From: a virus
Taxonomy: Duplodnaviria; Caudoviricetes
IMG/VR virus record: IMGVR_UViG_3300037484_000165
Coordinates: 1-48,879 of that record
DNA: 48,879 nt
Strand: one strand, 5' to 3'
Made by a program: the position numbers and the translations under genes. Of this stretch, positions 45,980 to 48,879 are shown one piece after another (within the stretch, counting starts at the first letter, position 1; every line of letters begins with the position of its first letter). Below the pieces are notes generated by a model. It had not been told where the DNA came from, ran no database searches, and was given only the letters and a program-made list of their open reading frames with translations.

Positions 45980-46234
45980 CTAATGCGCGGAATCGCGCAA
46001 ACCCAATATGGTTTTCACGTCATCCAGGATGCCCGCCTTCGCCATGATGATGAGGCCGGCGTTGTATTCTGCGATCATGGCGGGATTGTCCGGATCGAGC
46101 GTCACGCCGAAATGCGTCGTGCGCAGGATGTCGGCGAGGACCGCCTGCCCGACCGAAGTCTTGAACAGGAAACGGTACTTGTCGCCGATGTCGTCGGCCG
46201 CTTTCGGTCCCATCAGATCGAATTCGCCTTCCAT
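45980..46234 (-). CDS. Bbp19-like protein
   Basis: YRFLFKTSVGQAVLADIL; directly after the portal gene. Confidence 0.75.
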   Translation of the reverse strand: MEGEFDLMGPKAADDIGDKYRFLFKTSVGQAVLADILRTTHFGVTLDPDNPAMIAEYNAGLIIMAKAGILDDVKTILGLRDSAH

Positions 46235-46235
46235 G

Positions 46236-48017
46236 CTACCCGGCTCCCGCCGTCTCCTGCGTCTCTTCCGGATTCATGAGCATCCCCATGGGGCTCCCCG
46301 CTTCCGGCTTGTCCTTGCCCGCGCGCATGGCCTTGCTGATCGGCCCGAGGGCTTCCACGGCCTGTGCCTTCTGCTCCGCTGCGATCCGCTGCTGCCGGAT
46401 GGCGGCAATCTGCTCGTCGCTCCGGACCAGATGCGCCGGGAAGCCGGAACTGTCGAGGGCTTCGATCACGGCGCCGTCCCAGTCCACCATGTCGAGAGCG
46501 GTCGGGGACACGGCGGCGATCTGCGCCACGAGCGAGATTCCTGCCTGTATGGAACGGGATTTGCTCAACCGCACCTGCGCCTGGGCGAGCGGCCCGAGGT
46601 ACTGGATTTCGATCCGGCCGCCCGCGTAGTCCTGCAGGATCGGCGGTGGCTCCGGCATCCGGCCTGCCCGCATCTCGATATCGAATACGCGGTCATGGAT
46701 CGGGTCTAGGGCTTCCGACTGCAGCATGCCGACCCGGGTGCCGAGGACGGCCGCCTTTTCGCCCATCATTTCGATTACCTGAGTGGCCGTGAGGTCGACC
46801 TTGTTTTCCGCCGCCATTGTCAGCATAAGGAAGAAATCGACGGCGAAATGATCGCGGATAACCTTGTCCGTCCGGTCCTGCTGGTCGACGCTGTAGGGAA
46901 GCTGAATGCCAGTCACGAGCGGGCGCGGAGCCCATGCGGCAAGCTCCCGGTCCATGAAGGTCTGGCCCTTCGGCCCCATCTGGATCTGGCCCCGGAGATC
47001 GGAGGGCGCGATCATCGGCGGCTCGACCATCTTCTGGCCGGCGATCAGGTTGCTCCGGCCCTGCTCGTTGGCCTTGAGGATATCCACGAATGCGTCCCAC
47101 GCCGGGCTGCGCCCGTACCACTCGTCGTTATTCTTGCGCCAGCGCCAGGTGACGGACGGCATCCAGTCGTAGCCGCTTTCTTCGATCAGTTTCGATCCCT
47201 GCTGATTGCCGTCGATCGCGCTCCGCAGGATCCAAAGGGACGCGATGCGCTTCGCCCTGCTGTCGTAGCGATCCGGGCTGTAATCCTTGCGCGGATACAC
47301 GGCGTGGATGACTTCGCGCTCCTGGTGGAAGTTGTCTTCATAGGCTTTCTCGAAATTGCGGTCGAGCGCCTTCAGACGGTCAAGCCCGAACTTGTCAGCG
47401 AGCTGCCGGAGCGTCAGGCAGTAGACGCGGTAATTCGTGTCGACGCGCCCGTACTGGTCTTCGGCGATGAAGCACTCGCGGAAGTGCGGCACGGTGAACA
47501 TGACGCGGCCCTGGCCGACATCCTCTTCGGCCACGAGATGAGACGTGCCGATCGTTGCCCCGTCGCGGATAAACTCGGTCACGATGTCATAGAAATTTGA
47601 TCTGCCGAACGCGCTATACTGCACCTCCTCGCAATAGTCGAGCCAGCGGCGTACTTCGGGATGACTGTCGATGGGCTGGCCAGTCCAATTGCGGCCGCCG
47701 ATGGAGCGCGGAAAGTTGAACTTGCCCGGGATGCCGAATTTGAACCAGCGGATATTGCGGCTGCAGAGATAGCCCACCATGCCGTCGACGAGCATGTTGC
47801 TTGCGCCCATCGCGGAGCCGTCGTAGACCGATTCCCCGGTCTTCTGGCCTTTATTTTCCTTGCCGGCGATGCTGCGCCTGCCGTGGTTCACGAACTTGAT
47901 GATATTGTCGATCTGAGGTTCGAAGGGCGAACGGATATCCTTTAGGTAGCCGAGGTTCTTTTCGCAGTCTTTTGCTTTGTTCTCGTCGCTACGATTGTCC
48001 GTCAACTTATCCCCCAA
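46236..48017 (-). CDS. Portal (head-tail connector) protein
   Basis: SNFY, WYGRSPA, LTATQVIEM..EKAAVLG, IEIQYLGPLAQAQ. Confidence 0.93.
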   Translation of the reverse strand: MGDKLTDNRSDENKAKDCEKNLGYLKDIRSPFEPQIDNIIKFVNHGRRSIAGKENKGQKTGESVYDGSAMGASNMLVDGMVGYLCSRNIRWFKFGIPGKFNFPRSIGGRNWTGQPIDSHPEVRRWLDYCEEVQYSAFGRSNFYDIVTEFIRDGATIGTSHLVAEEDVGQGRVMFTVPHFRECFIAEDQYGRVDTNYRVYCLTLRQLADKFGLDRLKALDRNFEKAYEDNFHQEREVIHAVYPRKDYSPDRYDSRAKRIASLWILRSAIDGNQQGSKLIEESGYDWMPSVTWRWRKNNDEWYGRSPAWDAFVDILKANEQGRSNLIAGQKMVEPPMIAPSDLRGQIQMGPKGQTFMDRELAAWAPRPLVTGIQLPYSVDQQDRTDKVIRDHFAVDFFLMLTMAAENKVDLTATQVIEMMGEKAAVLGTRVGMLQSEALDPIHDRVFDIEMRAGRMPEPPPILQDYAGGRIEIQYLGPLAQAQVRLSKSRSIQAGISLVAQIAAVSPTALDMVDWDGAVIEALDSSGFPAHLVRSDEQIAAIRQQRIAAEQKAQAVEALGPISKAMRAGKDKPEAGSPMGMLMNPEETQETAGAG

Positions 48018-48270
48018 GAGTCGCCTTGATGGTCTGCGGCGGCGTACTCACGCCGAGCGGACCTGTGAGAATCGTGCTCGCAGCTCCGCGCCTCTGCCGC
48101 AACAGCTGCGCCTGGGCATATGCGGCTTCAAGGGCCTGTCGGCTTTGTTCGGACTTGCTCGGCGCCGGGCTCCCGGGAGCTTCCGGAGCGCCTTTCGCCA
48201 GACTGTAGATGCTCGTGCCCGCGGCGAAAATCGCGGAGGCGGCCATGATGAAGGGCAGGACTGGAGCCAT
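48007..48270 (-). CDS. Small virion-associated protein between terL and portal
   Basis: RRGAASTILTGPLG..KATLGG motif typical of this position in podoviruses. Confidence 0.75.
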   Translation of the reverse strand: MAPVLPFIMAASAIFAAGTSIYSLAKGAPEAPGSPAPSKSEQSRQALEAAYAQAQLLRQRRGAASTILTGPLGVSTPPQTIKATLGG

Positions 48271-48879
48271 CAGACGGCCACCTCCAGGCCATAAGTGAGC
48301 GGGTTATAGGCTTCGCCGCGCGCTGTCAAACGTGAAACACGCGGGTCTGTGTACTTGACTCCGGTCAGCGTCAGGCGGTAGAGATTCTCGCAGAAGTGGT
48401 CGTTTTCCTTCTTCGGATTGCCGTCCTCGTCGTAGTTCCACCGCTGCATTTCCCAGACCGTTCCTTCGTTCGGGATCTTGTTCACGAGCGACCGGAAGAA
48501 AAAAAGCGATGGACGGCCGTTGACGCCCGAAAGCATCTTCTCGACGTTTTTGATGCCCGATCCCTTGTCCTTGCTCGCTGTCTCCAGCCTGATGCCTGCC
48601 CCTCGCAGCCGTGTCTCGATCGTCGTGTAAGAATCGTCGATCTGGATCCCCATGCGCTTGCTATACTGGGTGTCGCCCTTGCTCAATGGGTCGATGAAAG
48701 CCCGCTCAATGCGCCAGCAGTCGTCGCTTTTCGTCTTACGGATGATCCGATCGGCCACTTCCTCGGCCGATTCGTTGACCCATGTTTCGTCGACCAGATA
48801 CCACATGCCGTGAGGATCGACGGCGTAGTAGCTCACGGCGTGGGGCTTGTTCGTGTGCCAATCGATCATGGCGACTACA
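48270..48879 (-). CDS. terL: Terminase large subunit, C-terminal nuclease part (copy within the terminal repeat plus true 3' end)
   Basis: Same frame and sequence as the end of the 1-1440 ORF; ends ...YNPLTYGLEVAV*. Confidence 0.92.
   Translation of the reverse strand, partial: VVAMIDWHTNKPHAVSYYAVDPHGMWYLVDETWVNESAEEVADRIIRKTKSDDCWRIERAFIDPLSKGDTQYSKRMGIQIDDSYTTIETRLRGAGIRLETASKDKGSGIKNVEKMLSGVNGRPSLFFFRSLVNKIPNEGTVWEMQRWNYDEDGNPKKENDHFCENLYRLTLTGVKYTDPRVSRLTARGEAYNPLTYGLEVAV
48306..48879. repeat. Terminal direct repeat, right copy
   Basis: Same sequence as 1-574; indicates a circular or complete genome of 48,305 bp. Confidence 0.97.

Overview
The window is an apparently complete, circularly assembled ~48.3 kb tailed-phage genome. 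Positions 1-574 recur at 48306-48879, so the unit length is 48,305 bp and the junction falls inside terL. The virion module resembles Bordetella BPP-1 and T7-type podoviruses: TerS, TerL, portal, Bbp19-like protein, scaffold, major capsid, Bbp16-like cement, tail tubular A and B, a GNAT-like protein, internal virion proteins and an LPD38-type large ejection protein. A lysis cassette, an exported FN3 protein and a sigma-70-family factor follow. A lambdoid divergent CI/Cro-like switch precedes a long leftward early operon of small accessory genes, an exonuclease/annealing pair, a DUF1376-type replication protein and an excisionase-like HTH. No integrase, reverse transcriptase or CRISPR array was found. 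The most notable observations are five. (1) A short rightward operon sits behind a near-consensus sigma-54 promoter with upstream TyrR-like palindromic boxes. (2) The tail nozzle gene is split by a one-base frame offset and carries a ~710-aa insertion. (3) A modular 'ELAEAR'-repeat coiled-coil gene has an in-frame amber codon followed by an intact-looking C-terminal tail. (4) A four-repeat fibre-like protein lies within the head module. (5) Two structured non-coding regions are present. All family assignments are by motif recognition, not database search.
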